A stretch of 64,000 nt of DNA from an uncultured Chloroflexia bacterium (GTDB lineage Bacteria > Chloroflexota > Limnocylindria > QHBO01), in contig CAWGTN010000002.1 of NCBI GenBank assembly GCA_963825525.1, positions 288,001 to 352,000 on the forward strand. Direction: 5' to 3'. Both the position numbers and the translations under genes were made by a program. This document shows, piece by piece, positions 31,466-41,195 of the stretch; position 1 is the first letter of the stretch, and the number at the start of each line of letters is the position of its first letter. Below the pieces are notes generated by a model. The model saw nothing but the letters and a program-made list of their open reading frames with translations, was not told the DNA's origin and ran no database searches.

Positions 31466-32845
31466 TCAGCTTCGATGGCGCTCGATGAACCTGCCGGCAA
31501 CCCCATCGGGGTCATGGCCGGAGGTGAGGACGCGGACCGGCGCCCCGCGGACCTCGAAACCCTCGTACGGCGTGAAATCGCTCGTGTGATGGAGGTCGTC
31601 CTGGCGCAGGACGCGACTGGCATTCGGATCCCAGATCACGACATCGGCGTCCAGTCCGGGCTCGATGGCTCCCTTGCCGGGCAACCCGAACAGGCGCGCC
31701 GGTGTCGCCGACAGGACCTGCGCCATGCGGCCGATGCTGATTCGGCCGCGCGCCACGCCCTCCGAGTACACGATGCTGGTCAGCGTTTCGATGCCCGGCC
31801 CGCCGTTGCTGATCTCGGGGAATGGTCGCGCCGGGAGCCGCTTCTCGGTGTCGATGCGGTCCGGGACGTGATCGCTTCCGACCACGTCCAGGATCCCGTC
31901 ACGCAGCCCGCCCCACAGCGCGTCGATATCGGAGCGCGAGCGCAGTGGTGGGGAGATGACGCCCTTCATGACTTCCTGCTCGTCGTCGGAGGCGTACGCG
32001 GCGTCGGTCAATGAAAGGTAGTGCGGACAGGTCTCCGCGTAGATCGGCTCACCCGCCGCCTTGGCGTCCGCAACCGCGTCGAGGGCCTCCTCGCACGACA
32101 GATGCACGATGTAGAGCGGCGCGTCGGCGCGTCGGGCCATGTCGATCGCGCGACGCGTCGCGAGGGCCTCGGCTCTCGGAGGCCGGCAGCTGGCGTGATA
32201 CCGCGGCCCGACGTGTCCGGCGGCGATCGACTCGGACACGAGCGGATCGATGATCCCGGGCTCCTCGCAGTGCAGCTGCAGCATCCCACCGTGGTCGGCC
32301 GCGATGCGCATCGCCTGCTCGACGCGCTCGTCCGGCAGAGCGAAGTCGTAGACCATGAATGCCTTGAAGGTCGGCACCCCACGACGGATGAGCTCGGGCA
32401 GCTGGTCGAGGGCGTCCGGTTGCTGCCCGCTGATGACCGAGCAGAGTCCGAAGTCGATCGGCGCAGTTCCCTCCGTCCGCTCGCGGAACTCGTCGAGCCC
32501 GGCGAGCGGTGAGCGCGCACCAGCCTCGCTGATGCCCGTTCCCGGATTGTTGAATGTCAGGACGGTGGTCGTGCCGCCGGCCGCCGCCGCACCAAGGTCG
32601 CGGGCGAACCGGGCCGGGTGCTGATCGTCGCTGAGGCGCACGTGCGTGTGGACGTCGATCGTGCCGGGCATCACCAGCATCCCGGACGCATCGACGACCT
32701 GTGCGCCATCACGGGACAGGTGTTCGGCCACTGCGGTGATCCGCCCGTTGGAGATGGCGACGTCCGCGAGCCGCGAGCCGGCGGGCGTCACCACCGTCCC
32801 GCCCACGATCAGCATGTCCCACGGACCGCGGGGCTCCTCAGGCAC
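31466..32845 (-). CDS. Dihydropyrimidinase/allantoinase-like cyclic amidohydrolase
   Basis: IDVHTH, FKAFM, LHCE, IVHLS, ETCPHYL and GSDH. Confidence 0.9.
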   Translation of the reverse strand: MPEEPRGPWDMLIVGGTVVTPAGSRLADVAISNGRITAVAEHLSRDGAQVVDASGMLVMPGTIDVHTHVRLSDDQHPARFARDLGAAAAGGTTTVLTFNNPGTGISEAGARSPLAGLDEFRERTEGTAPIDFGLCSVISGQQPDALDQLPELIRRGVPTFKAFMVYDFALPDERVEQAMRIAADHGGMLQLHCEEPGIIDPLVSESIAAGHVGPRYHASCRPPRAEALATRRAIDMARRADAPLYIVHLSCEEALDAVADAKAAGEPIYAETCPHYLSLTDAAYASDDEQEVMKGVISPPLRSRSDIDALWGGLRDGILDVVGSDHVPDRIDTEKRLPARPFPEISNGGPGIETLTSIVYSEGVARGRISIGRMAQVLSATPARLFGLPGKGAIEPGLDADVVIWDPNASRVLRQDDLHHTSDFTPYEGFEVRGAPVRVLTSGHDPDGVAGRFIERHRS

Positions 32846-32878
32846 GACGACTGCCTGTGGTGATGGAGGTCGTCACCG

Positions 32879-33289
32879 TCAGGCCTCGCTGATCACGATC
32901 TCCTGCGCGCCCTCCCACAGCACGCGTCGGCCCATCTCCGCCAGGTGCTCCTGCCCGCTCACCAGGGTGGCGAAGTGATTCCCCGCCAGCTGCCCGACGC
33001 GCGAGCTGAAGCTGCAGGCGCCGTACGGGAACAGGATCTCGCACTCGCTGATGTCGCCGATGTAGATGAGCACGTCACCGGGCGCGGGGTGCGAGGTGTG
33101 ATTCTCGAATCCGACGTCCGGCCGTTGCTCGCCGAAGGGGATCCAGGTCGACTCGCCACTCCATTTGCAGTGGATCAGCTTGGAGCGAATCGGGAGCCAC
33201 GACTGCAGCGCGGCTCGGGTCCTCGGGGCGGCCGCTTCCCAGCGGGCGGTGAAGACGAGCTCACCGACGGTGATCTTCAAATCTGGCAT
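32879..33289 (-). CDS. DUF3830 family protein
   Basis: APRT, IHCKWSGE, ENHTSHPAPG, SECEILFPYG and GQLAGNHF. Confidence 0.85.
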   Translation of the reverse strand: MPDLKITVGELVFTARWEAAAPRTRAALQSWLPIRSKLIHCKWSGESTWIPFGEQRPDVGFENHTSHPAPGDVLIYIGDISECEILFPYGACSFSSRVGQLAGNHFATLVSGQEHLAEMGRRVLWEGAQEIVISEA

Positions 33290-33365
33290 GCCACGAGGAT
33301 ACTCCGGAGGCGGTGCGGGGCCCTCGCGCATCGGGCATCATGGCCGCTCATCACGGAGTGGGATA

Positions 33366-33713
33366 TTGGCCGACGCGCGTCCAACCATCAGCACGCATGT
33401 CCTCGACCTGGCGACCGGTACCCCGGCCCAGGGTGTGAGTGTCGCCTTGTTCCGGATGGATGCCGATGGCAGCCCGGAACTCGTCAGCGAGCTGGCGACC
33501 AACGCGGATGGTCGCATCCCGGACCTGCTCGACGGCGCGCGGTTGACGGCCGGAGACTATCAGCTGGCCTTTGACGTCGGAGGCGCCGCCGAGGATCCCG
33601 ATGCGTTCTTCCAGAGTGCGGCACTCGCCCTGCGAATCGTCGACGTAGGTCGCTCGTACCACGTCCCCCTCCTGCTGAGCCCGTTCGGGCTGAGCACCTA
33701 TCGCGGCAGCTGA
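33366..33713 (+). CDS. uraH: 5-hydroxyisourate hydrolase (transthyretin-like)
   Basis: ISTHVLD, TNADGR and YHVPLLLSPFGLSTYRGS; TTG start inferred. Confidence 0.93.
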   Translation: MADARPTISTHVLDLATGTPAQGVSVALFRMDADGSPELVSELATNADGRIPDLLDGARLTAGDYQLAFDVGGAAEDPDAFFQSAALALRIVDVGRSYHVPLLLSPFGLSTYRGS

Positions 33714-34681
33714 TGGCTGTCCTCGACGAGTTGAATACGCTCGATACCGACGCGGCGGCCCGCATGATCGGGCCACTCTTCGAGGACGCACCCAGGTACA
33801 TCGGCCGGCTGCTCGCGGCTCGGCCGTTCGAGACCGAAGATGCCATGTTCGACGAGGCACGCGCCGTTGCGCGCTCGATGCCGGAGGATGAACAGATCGA
33901 GCTGCTGAATGCGCACCCCCGTATCGGGGCCGTTGCGGCCGGCGTTTCCGAGCTGTCCCGCCGCGAACAGGGTCTCGACGAGCCGGCGGGGCCCGGTGCC
34001 GCGTGGATCGCAGACGAGCTTCTCGCGCTGAACGAGGCCTATGAGTCGCTCTTCGGCTTCCGCTACGTGATCTTCGTGGCCGGCCGCCCCAGGGCCGACA
34101 TCATCCCGCTGCTGGAGCGCGCACTCCACGCGGATCGCGACGAGGAGATTCGGCGAGGCCTCGACGACGTGGTGCTGATCGCGCATGACCGATGGGCCAC
34201 GATCCGCGGCCCTGATGTGCTGCGTGAGGAGCTGCGTGAAGCGATCGCTCTCGAGATCTCCCGCTGGATGGTCGAGGAGATCGACCGCGACGGATTGCGT
34301 CGTGCCGCGCACCGGCTCATCGACGAGGGAATCGCCTCCCCCGCCCTCCTTGCCCTGTCGCTGGCAGCCTCGGATGAGGATGTTCGCCTGGAGGAGCCAA
34401 TCTCCCGCGTCGCTGCCGAGATCGGCCTGGGCGGCTGGGACGTCGGCCAGGCACGACAGCTCCTGGCAATGCACGCAGCAGCGTCGATCCTGGGCCAGGT
34501 GAGCCAGCCGATCGACGGCGCGCGCCGCATTGCCCACGTCACCGGGGATCGGAACTTCGATGCCATGGTCCGTCGATGGGAGGCCGAGTCCGAGCAACGG
34601 GCCGCGATCGATGCCCAGATTCGTCGCGCCGCCGCCGAGCTCTTCGGCCCTCCGGACGAAGCGGAAGAAGAGGAGACATGA
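33713..34681 (+). CDS. uraD: OHCU decarboxylase with ~150-aa C-terminal extension
   Basis: LNAHPRIG, SRREQ and LNEAYESLFGFRYVIFVAG, followed by an unassigned helical domain. Confidence 0.82.
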   Translation: MAVLDELNTLDTDAAARMIGPLFEDAPRYIGRLLAARPFETEDAMFDEARAVARSMPEDEQIELLNAHPRIGAVAAGVSELSRREQGLDEPAGPGAAWIADELLALNEAYESLFGFRYVIFVAGRPRADIIPLLERALHADRDEEIRRGLDDVVLIAHDRWATIRGPDVLREELREAIALEISRWMVEEIDRDGLRRAAHRLIDEGIASPALLALSLAASDEDVRLEEPISRVAAEIGLGGWDVGQARQLLAMHAAASILGQVSQPIDGARRIAHVTGDRNFDAMVRRWEAESEQRAAIDAQIRRAAAELFGPPDEAEEEET

Positions 34682-35608
34682 AGCACGAGATCACGTACGG
34701 AAAGGCCGATGTCAAGGTCTACCGCACGAACGCACAACCCGCTGAGCGGCATCACCCAGATCCCCGAATCCCCGTTCAACGGGCGCGAGAACCGCCTGGC
34801 GGCGGCCGAGATCGAGGTGATCGTTCGGGGTGAGGTCTTCATCGACGCCTACACCAAGGGCGACAACCGCCTGGTCGTGGCCACCGACACGATGAAGAAC
34901 TTCATCCACGCGGTCTCGTTGAAGGCGCGAGCCCGCACGCTGGAGGAGTGGCTTCTCGAGGTCGGTACCGCCTTCCTCGACACCTATCCCCACATGGAAC
35001 GTCTGACGATGCTGGGACGGGACCTGCCGTTCTCCCCGGCCCTGGTGGCGGCCGAGGCGGGCGACGGTTTCGACGTCTCTGATCGGCTCTTCAGCCGTGA
35101 GCGCGGGGACCACGGATCGGCCCGGCTGGACCTCGAGCGCGGCGCCGATGGATCGGTCCGAATCACCGATCACGAATCTGGCCGTCGCGAGCTCCAGCTC
35201 ATCAAGATCACCGGCTCGGCATTCGCCGACTTCGCGCGAGACGAGCACACCACCCTGCCCGAGCGTCGGGATCGGCCGCTCTACATCTGGTGCGACATCG
35301 GCTGGCGCTATGCCGACGCCTCCGACGCGGTCCTCGTCGATCCCGCCCGATACGTGGCCTCGGAGCAGGTCGCCGACCTGGCTGCCACCGTCTTCCACGA
35401 GTTCGTGTCACTCTCGATCCAGCACCTCGTGAACGAGGTCGGTACCAGGATGCTCGAACGCTGGCCGCAGCTCACCGAGGTCAGCTTCGACGCCCAGAAC
35501 CGCCTCTGGGACCTCGTCGCCGAGGCGGATGGCGACGCGAAGACACGGACGTACAGCGATCCGCGGCCTCCGTTCGGCCATATCGGACTCGTCCTGCGCC
35601 GCGACTGA
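34678..35608 (+). CDS. pucL: Urate oxidase (uricase); +1 frameshift at CCC 34738-34740, probably sequencing error
   Basis: AGGAG RBS and MKHEITYGKADVKVYRT, then VVATDTMKNF, LIKITGSAF, TTLPE and SIQHL in the adjacent frame. Confidence 0.92.
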
Positions 35609-35624
35609 GGGGCGGACAAGACGA

Positions 35625-35650
35625 GAGCCCCGGAGGACGCTCCGGGGCTC
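35625..35650. terminator. Hairpin terminator between convergent genes
   Basis: GAGCCCCGGAG-GACG-CTCCGGGGCTC, a perfect 11-bp stem. Confidence 0.75.
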
Positions 35651-35668
35651 ATAGCCTTCACGGGTGCG

Positions 35669-36124
35669 TCAGTCGCCGAGCTGGCCGCGGATCGCCCCGC
35701 CCGGGAACGCGTCGTTGTGCACGTTCACGTAATAGTCCGCGGGATTGGCGCGGATGTCCGCCACAACCGCCGCGTCGGCAGGTGCGCAGTACGTCAGTCG
35801 ATTTCCCTTGCTCGTCGCAAGATCGAGCCTGAGGTTGACGACCACCGGGCCCGCCACGCCTGCCGTTGCCTCATGGATATGGGCCGCAGTCGGAGTCTCG
35901 ATGGCCTGGGTCTTCAGCGTGTAGCAGACGAGACCGGCGTTGTACACGTCGAGGGTGACAAAGCCCTTCCCGTTCGCATCGCCCGGATCTGGAGCTTCCT
36001 CGCTGCCACTGAGTGTGGTCGTGAATGTCCCGAAGTGGTTCGCGGAGACCGTGCCGGCCACCATGAGCACACCGATCGCCGCGATGATCATCGCGAGCGA
36101 GAGGCTGGTGAAACGTCGAGCCAT
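35669..36124 (-). CDS. Secreted CHRD domain protein
   Basis: Signal peptide, LSGSEE, AAHIH and YVNVHN..FPGGAIRGQL; AGGAGG RBS. Confidence 0.9.
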   Translation of the reverse strand: MARRFTSLSLAMIIAAIGVLMVAGTVSANHFGTFTTTLSGSEEAPDPGDANGKGFVTLDVYNAGLVCYTLKTQAIETPTAAHIHEATAGVAGPVVVNLRLDLATSKGNRLTYCAPADAAVVADIRANPADYYVNVHNDAFPGGAIRGQLGD

Positions 36125-36225
36125 GGATTCCTCCTGTAGTGGGGGTCAGGCCGCGCGGGCAGTGCGCAACCGTCTTGTGTGGTGCGGATACGTCGCCGCT
36201 CAAGGCACGTATCAATGCCGAACAC

Positions 36226-36675
36226 TCAGGCGTCGAACCGCGCGCCCACCATCTGCGGGTGGTCGATCGCCGGGCAGCGATCCATGACCACCAGGAGCCC
36301 CGCATCGGCTGCTCGCTGGGCGGCAGCCTCGTTCCATACCTCGAGCTGCATCCAGATGGCCTTCGCGCCGATCTCGATGGCCTCGTCCACGTGCGCTGGC
36401 ACGAGTTCGCTCCGTCGGAACAGGTCGACGACCTCGATCCGAGATCGCAGCTCCTCGGGAATCGAGAGGAGGTCGCGGTGAGCGGGAATGCCGTGGACTT
36501 CCTTCTCGTTGGGATGCACCGGGACGACCTCGTATCCCTGCCGCAGGAGGTACCGCGAAACACCGTGCGACGCCCGCCAGGGTCGAGAGGAACAGCCGAC
36601 CACGGCCCAGGTCCGGAAGCTGCGCAGAATCTGCTCCGCGACCCCCGGGTCACTCCAGCCGTGCACCGTCCTCAT
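36226..36675 (-). CDS. CoA-binding protein (YccU-like)
   Basis: WAVVGCS, VVDLFRRSE, AIWMQL and VVMDRC. Confidence 0.88.
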   Translation of the reverse strand: MRTVHGWSDPGVAEQILRSFRTWAVVGCSSRPWRASHGVSRYLLRQGYEVVPVHPNEKEVHGIPAHRDLLSIPEELRSRIEVVDLFRRSELVPAHVDEAIEIGAKAIWMQLEVWNEAAAQRAADAGLLVVMDRCPAIDHPQMVGARFDA

Positions 36676-37245
36676 CGGGATCGGGCAAGCTCCTGAAGGG
36701 CGGCCTTGATCCTGGTGTCGAGCTCACCGCCCGAGCTCGCGACGGCGGCAGCGGCCCGCCTGGCCTCAGTACACTGGAATACCCAGCGACTCGAGCGCGG
36801 CCACCACGTCGGAGTCGGTGGAGCCGCCACCCGCCGCGATGCCGGCTGCGTGAACCTTCTCCTTGAGCTCCAGGATGATGCGCTGTGCGGTCTTGCGTCC
36901 CACACCCGACACGCTCGTGAACACGTCGACGTCATCCCCCAGGATGGCCAGCTGCAGGCGAGTGACGGCATGGGCCGTCGTGATCGCCAGCGCGAGCCTC
37001 GGCCCCACCTGCGAGACCGTCATGAGCAGCTCGAAGAACGCCAGCTCTTCGGTCGTCGCGAAACCGAAGAGCGCCTGCTGATCCTCACGCACGAGGTGGT
37101 GCGTGAAGACCGATGCCTCCGTTCCGACCCGCAGCTTGGCGAGCAGAGCAGGTCCGGCCACGACGCGGTAGCCGATACCGCCGACCTCGATGAGGACATG
37201 ATCCTGGCCCATGAGCGTGACCGTGCCGCGCAGCGAGCCGATCAT
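36672..37245 (-). CDS. ruvA: Holliday junction DNA-binding protein RuvA (frameshift near 36770-36785)
   Basis: MIGSLRG, VGGIGY, VRED, VSGVGRKTAQRIILELK and ALESLG. The C-terminus (EARRA...RIKAALQEL) continues in another frame to stop 36672. Confidence 0.92.
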
Positions 37246-37736
37246 CCGATCACCGCCTTCGGCTGGGCAGCGGCGCGGTAGGCGCAGCCGATGGCGATCG
37301 CCAGGGCATCGGTCGCGTCGTCAGGCACGCCGCGCAGCGATCGGCCGAGAAGCCTCTCGACCATGGCGGCCACCTGGGCCTTGTCGGCGGAGCCGTTGCC
37401 GCAGATCGTCTGCTTGACCTCGTTCGGGGTCGGCTCGTCAATCGGAACCCCTGACTCGGCGGCCGCCAGCAACGCTACGCCGCGAGCCTGCCCGACGGTC
37501 ATCGCCGTCTGGACGTTCCGCTGGAAGAAGAGGCGCTCGATGCCGATGCGTTCCGGCCGGTGCTCCCCGAGCAGCGACCGCAGTGCCACGTGGAGCTGAT
37601 GAAGGCGATCGGCATCCGACGCCTCCGCGGGCGTCCGAATGCAACCGGCATCGATCAGCCGCACGTCTCCGTCGCGCAGCTCAACGACGCCGAAGCCGCA
37701 GATCGCGGTCCCAGGGTCGATGCCGAGAGTGATCAC
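37242..37736 (-). CDS. ruvC: Holliday junction resolvase RuvC
   Basis: LGIDPG, IERLFF, QARGV, GSADKAQV and DDATDALAIA. Confidence 0.96.
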   Translation of the reverse strand: MITLGIDPGTAICGFGVVELRDGDVRLIDAGCIRTPAEASDADRLHQLHVALRSLLGEHRPERIGIERLFFQRNVQTAMTVGQARGVALLAAAESGVPIDEPTPNEVKQTICGNGSADKAQVAAMVERLLGRSLRGVPDDATDALAIAIGCAYRAAAQPKAVIG

Positions 37737-37798
37737 CCTCGCATGGTAGCGATCCGGGACGGCTTCGACCCGCTGTTCGAAACATTTCGTCCGTCCGC

Positions 37799-37855
37799 TT
37801 GACATCGCGACGAGTGCGATCGTACGATAGGCACACATTCGAATCTTATCGAATG
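37799..37855 (+). promoter_or_regulatory. Sigma70 promoter with downstream palindromic operator
   Basis: TTGACA(37799)-18nt-TACGAT(37823), followed by CATTCGA-N6-TCGAATG at 37836-37855. Confidence 0.7.
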
Positions 37856-37894
37856 GCACGTAGTTCATCGGACGAAGGGACGGTAATCGAACAC

Positions 37895-38098
37895 ATGATG
37901 CTTCCACCGGATCCTGGCGTCCTCGAGACCCTCATCAGGGATCGCCAGAACCGCCACAATTTCGCCACTATCCCCGCCGCGCGTGGGGGCGGAGTGCTCC
38001 GCGTGCGAATCGGCCATGCGCTGATCGTCGCCGGCAGCCGCCTCACCGGCGAGCGCATGGAGACACCCCGCCGCACCAGCATTCCGCGTCACGCCTGA
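37895..38098 (+). CDS. Small hypothetical protein (67 aa) preceding the ArsR-type regulator
   Basis: MMLPPDPGVLETLIRDRQ...RVRIGHALIVAGSRL, between the promoter and the regulator gene. Confidence 0.6.
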   Translation: MMLPPDPGVLETLIRDRQNRHNFATIPAARGGGVLRVRIGHALIVAGSRLTGERMETPRRTSIPRHA

Positions 38099-38123
38099 TC
38101 CCACCCATCCCCAGGGAGGAGCC

Positions 38124-39257
38124 ATGGCCCCCACCCGCCGCCCGGGCGCAAAGCCCGGAATCACCATCGAGGTCTCGCCCGCATACGAGCTGCTCGAGTC
38201 GCTCGTCATCGCCATCGATGACAGCGAGATCGAGACATACGAGGTCGGCCCCGAGTGGATGACCGAGATCCGAGCTCGCGCCGGTGACGAGTTGCTCGAG
38301 CGTGTGCGCCGGGTCGCCCAGGGTGACGCCGATACCTACATCCACCTGATGGGCCTGGCATACGACACGCCGGCGCCCCGCGATATCCCGACCTTCATCG
38401 AGCACCTGCGATCGACGGACGCCGATGAGATTCGCCTCCATCTCGTCCAGTACTACGCGCGCGAAATCCGTCACATGACGCCGCGCGAGACCATCCGCGC
38501 CGCTGTCGCGGGCGACGAGACGGCAAAGCTCGAATTCCTGCGGACCTCTCATCCCGACTGGGAGCCGTGGACCACCTACCTTCGCGGAATCCTGGATGCG
38601 GACAGTGCCGCGTTCAAAGAGCATCTGGTGGCGGTTGTCGAGGAATGGGCCGAGCGGGTCTTCAAGCCCGAGGCGCTCACGATCATGCCCATCATCGAAC
38701 GCGACGCCGAGGCCAAGCGACAGCTCCTTCGAGAGCTTCCAGCCGATGAGTTCGTGACCGTGGCAACCAACGGCGTCGAGTTCGCCCCGCGTCCCGGCTG
38801 CGATCGGGTGGTCATGGTGCCGAGCTTCATTGCGCGACCGCTGGTTGCCCACCTCGAGGTCGGCGACGCGCTGATCATCATCTACCCCGTCGGCGACGAG
38901 AGCATCTCAGCCGAGGTTGATACCCCACCACAGCGCCTGGTGCGGCTCTCGAAGGCCCTGGGCGACGAGAAGCGGCTCCGCATCCTCCGAGCGCTGGCTG
39001 ATGGCGAGAAGACGTTCATGGAGCTCGCCGACGCCTTCGGCGTCGCGAAGACCACGATGCATCACCACATGATCGTCCTGCGGTCAGCCGGACTCGTTTC
39101 GGTGGGAGTGGGAAACAAGCGCTACCGGCTGCGGCCCGAGACCGTGCCGGACGTGGGCGCATTGCTCAGCGGGTACCTCGGCGCCGTGACTGGTCCGTCC
39201 GCGGCGTCGAGGTCGCCCGCCCCTGCGCGTCGGAAACGCACCGGGACCACGGGCTAG
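38124..39257 (+). CDS. ArsR/SmtB family regulator with long N-terminal domain and C-terminal HTH
   Basis: KALGDEKRLRILRAL...ELA...KTTMHHHMIVLRSAGLV; GGAGG RBS. Confidence 0.88.
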   Translation: MAPTRRPGAKPGITIEVSPAYELLESLVIAIDDSEIETYEVGPEWMTEIRARAGDELLERVRRVAQGDADTYIHLMGLAYDTPAPRDIPTFIEHLRSTDADEIRLHLVQYYAREIRHMTPRETIRAAVAGDETAKLEFLRTSHPDWEPWTTYLRGILDADSAAFKEHLVAVVEEWAERVFKPEALTIMPIIERDAEAKRQLLRELPADEFVTVATNGVEFAPRPGCDRVVMVPSFIARPLVAHLEVGDALIIIYPVGDESISAEVDTPPQRLVRLSKALGDEKRLRILRALADGEKTFMELADAFGVAKTTMHHHMIVLRSAGLVSVGVGNKRYRLRPETVPDVGALLSGYLGAVTGPSAASRSPAPARRKRTGTTG

Positions 39258-39260
39258 ACC

Positions 39261-40019
39261 TCAGACGACCTCGGCCTCCAGCTCCTCCATGAGGGCGCCG
39301 GGAATGTCGAAGTTGGCATAGACGTTCTGCACGTCGTCGAGATCCTCGAGCCGCTCCATGAACTGGAGCACCTGGCGCGCCGTCTTCGCGTCACTGACGT
39401 CGACGGTGGTCGTCGGCTCCATCGACAGCTCGGCTGACTCGGCCTCGAACCCGGCATCGGCCAGCGAGCGTCGCACGGCCTCCAGCTCGGTGGGCTCGGT
39501 GGTGACGATGATCGACCCCCCGTCGGGAGCCCCCACATCGGCCGCACCGGCGTCGATGGCCGCGAGGGTCACCTCGTCCGGATCGCGGCCATTGAGCGCA
39601 AGGCTGATCACGCCCCGCTGCTCGAATTGCCAGGCGACGGTCGACAACGTGCCGCCGTGCTTGTTGAAGACACTGCGGATCTCGGAAGCGGTCCTGTTCC
39701 GATTGTCGGTCATGGCGGCCACGATCACGGCAACGTTGGCCGGCCCGAGACCCTCGTAGGTGATCTCTTCGTACTGCTCGGCATCGGCGCCGGCACCGGT
39801 GGCCTTCTCGACCGCACGCTTGATGTTGTCGGCCGGCATCGAGTTGGCCCGCGCCTTGTCGACGGCCATGCGGAGCCGGTAGTTCGCCTCGAGGTCTCCC
39901 CCACCCTGGCGCGCCGCGGTCATGATCTCGCGGGCAAGCTTCGTGAACAGCGCGCCGCGCTTTGCGTCGTTCGCGCCCTTCTGCCGCTTGATCGTGGACC
40001 ACTTGCTGTGGCCGGACAT
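39261..40019 (-). CDS. yebC: YebC/PmpR family protein
   Basis: MSGHSKWSTIKRQK, TDNRNRT and DDVQNVYAN. Confidence 0.96.
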   Translation of the reverse strand: MSGHSKWSTIKRQKGANDAKRGALFTKLAREIMTAARQGGGDLEANYRLRMAVDKARANSMPADNIKRAVEKATGAGADAEQYEEITYEGLGPANVAVIVAAMTDNRNRTASEIRSVFNKHGGTLSTVAWQFEQRGVISLALNGRDPDEVTLAAIDAGAADVGAPDGGSIIVTTEPTELEAVRRSLADAGFEAESAELSMEPTTTVDVSDAKTARQVLQFMERLEDLDDVQNVYANFDIPGALMEELEAEVV

Positions 40020-40140
40020 CGGACCTCCTGCCGCGTCGGTTCCGCGGCTGCATGGCTCTTATGGGAGGCCAGATTCTACCAAACCGAGGCCCGTGAGCCG
40101 GCGGGGCGCATCGGCTGTCGGATTCCTCCCTCACCGAGCG

Positions 40141-41139
40141 TCACGGCGTCGATCCGGACCGGATCCGCGCTCCCACGCGACCCAGCACGACGTGGTCGAG
40201 GCTCCAGCGCCCGCCGCCCAGGATGACAAGCGCTGATGACAGTCCGAACAGCGCGACATGGGCGATGACGGGGTCATCGGGCAGTCCGAACATGGCGAGG
40301 GTCAGGACCGCGAATCCGACGACGGCACTGAGCCGGGTGAACGCACCGGTGACGATGGCCAACCCGAGGGCCGTCTCGACCAGGGCCGCTCCCACCACCC
40401 ACAGCTCGGGCGACGCGGGGATGACGGAGGTCAGGTCGTAGCGATCAACCGCGGCCAGCGCCTGGTCGTAGATGAGGAGCTTGTCCGCGATGCCCGATGC
40501 GAGGAACGCGCCACCGAGTCCGAGCCGCACGAGAAGTGGCACGAGATCGTCGTACCGACCCGGGGCGAGGTTCTCGGTTGCCGCCCGTGCCCCCGGTCCG
40601 CGGGGGAACGCGGCCCGCAGGAGGTCGTCCAGGCTCGGACGGCCGGGTCCCAGGACCGCGGCGACGGCCAACGCACCGGCGACGTCCAACATCATGACCA
40701 GCTCCGGCCTCCCGATGAGCACCACCAGGTACGCGCCCAGCGCCACGAGGGCCGCGGGACGGACGGCAAGACCCACGAGCAGGAGGAAGCCGGTACCGGT
40801 CAGCAGCAGCGCGAAAAGGGTCCCGGCCTCGTCCGTCGGCAGGAAGCGCACGCGAGACAGCCCAGAGCCGATGAGGACCAGCCCTGCCGACAACCGCACG
40901 ATCCACGGCAGGTACTCGCGGTAGCCATCGGCTCGCTCGATGAAACGAGTTCGCGCGGCCTCTCCGGGACGCCATCGGGCCCAGGCCAGCAGGATCGCGC
41001 CGACCACCAGCGCACCAGCCACGAGCAGGAGGAGGTTCCCCGGCTCGGCGAGGGTATCAAGGAGGAATCCGATCGGGTTCGGAGAGTCGGTCGGATCGGT
41101 CACGTAGTCGACGTGCGCCAGAACAGGCAGCGGCTGCAT
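40141..41139 (-). CDS. Double-DoxX-like membrane protein
   Basis: AHVDYV N-terminus and two DoxX-like halves ending GPGRPSLD and GGGRWSLD. Confidence 0.8.
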   Translation of the reverse strand: MQPLPVLAHVDYVTDPTDSPNPIGFLLDTLAEPGNLLLLVAGALVVGAILLAWARWRPGEAARTRFIERADGYREYLPWIVRLSAGLVLIGSGLSRVRFLPTDEAGTLFALLLTGTGFLLLVGLAVRPAALVALGAYLVVLIGRPELVMMLDVAGALAVAAVLGPGRPSLDDLLRAAFPRGPGARAATENLAPGRYDDLVPLLVRLGLGGAFLASGIADKLLIYDQALAAVDRYDLTSVIPASPELWVVGAALVETALGLAIVTGAFTRLSAVVGFAVLTLAMFGLPDDPVIAHVALFGLSSALVILGGGRWSLDHVVLGRVGARIRSGSTP

Positions 41140-41195
41140 GCCTCTACCTTCGCACAGACGTTGCCAACTCCGTCCGCATCCTCCATTCTCAGGTC

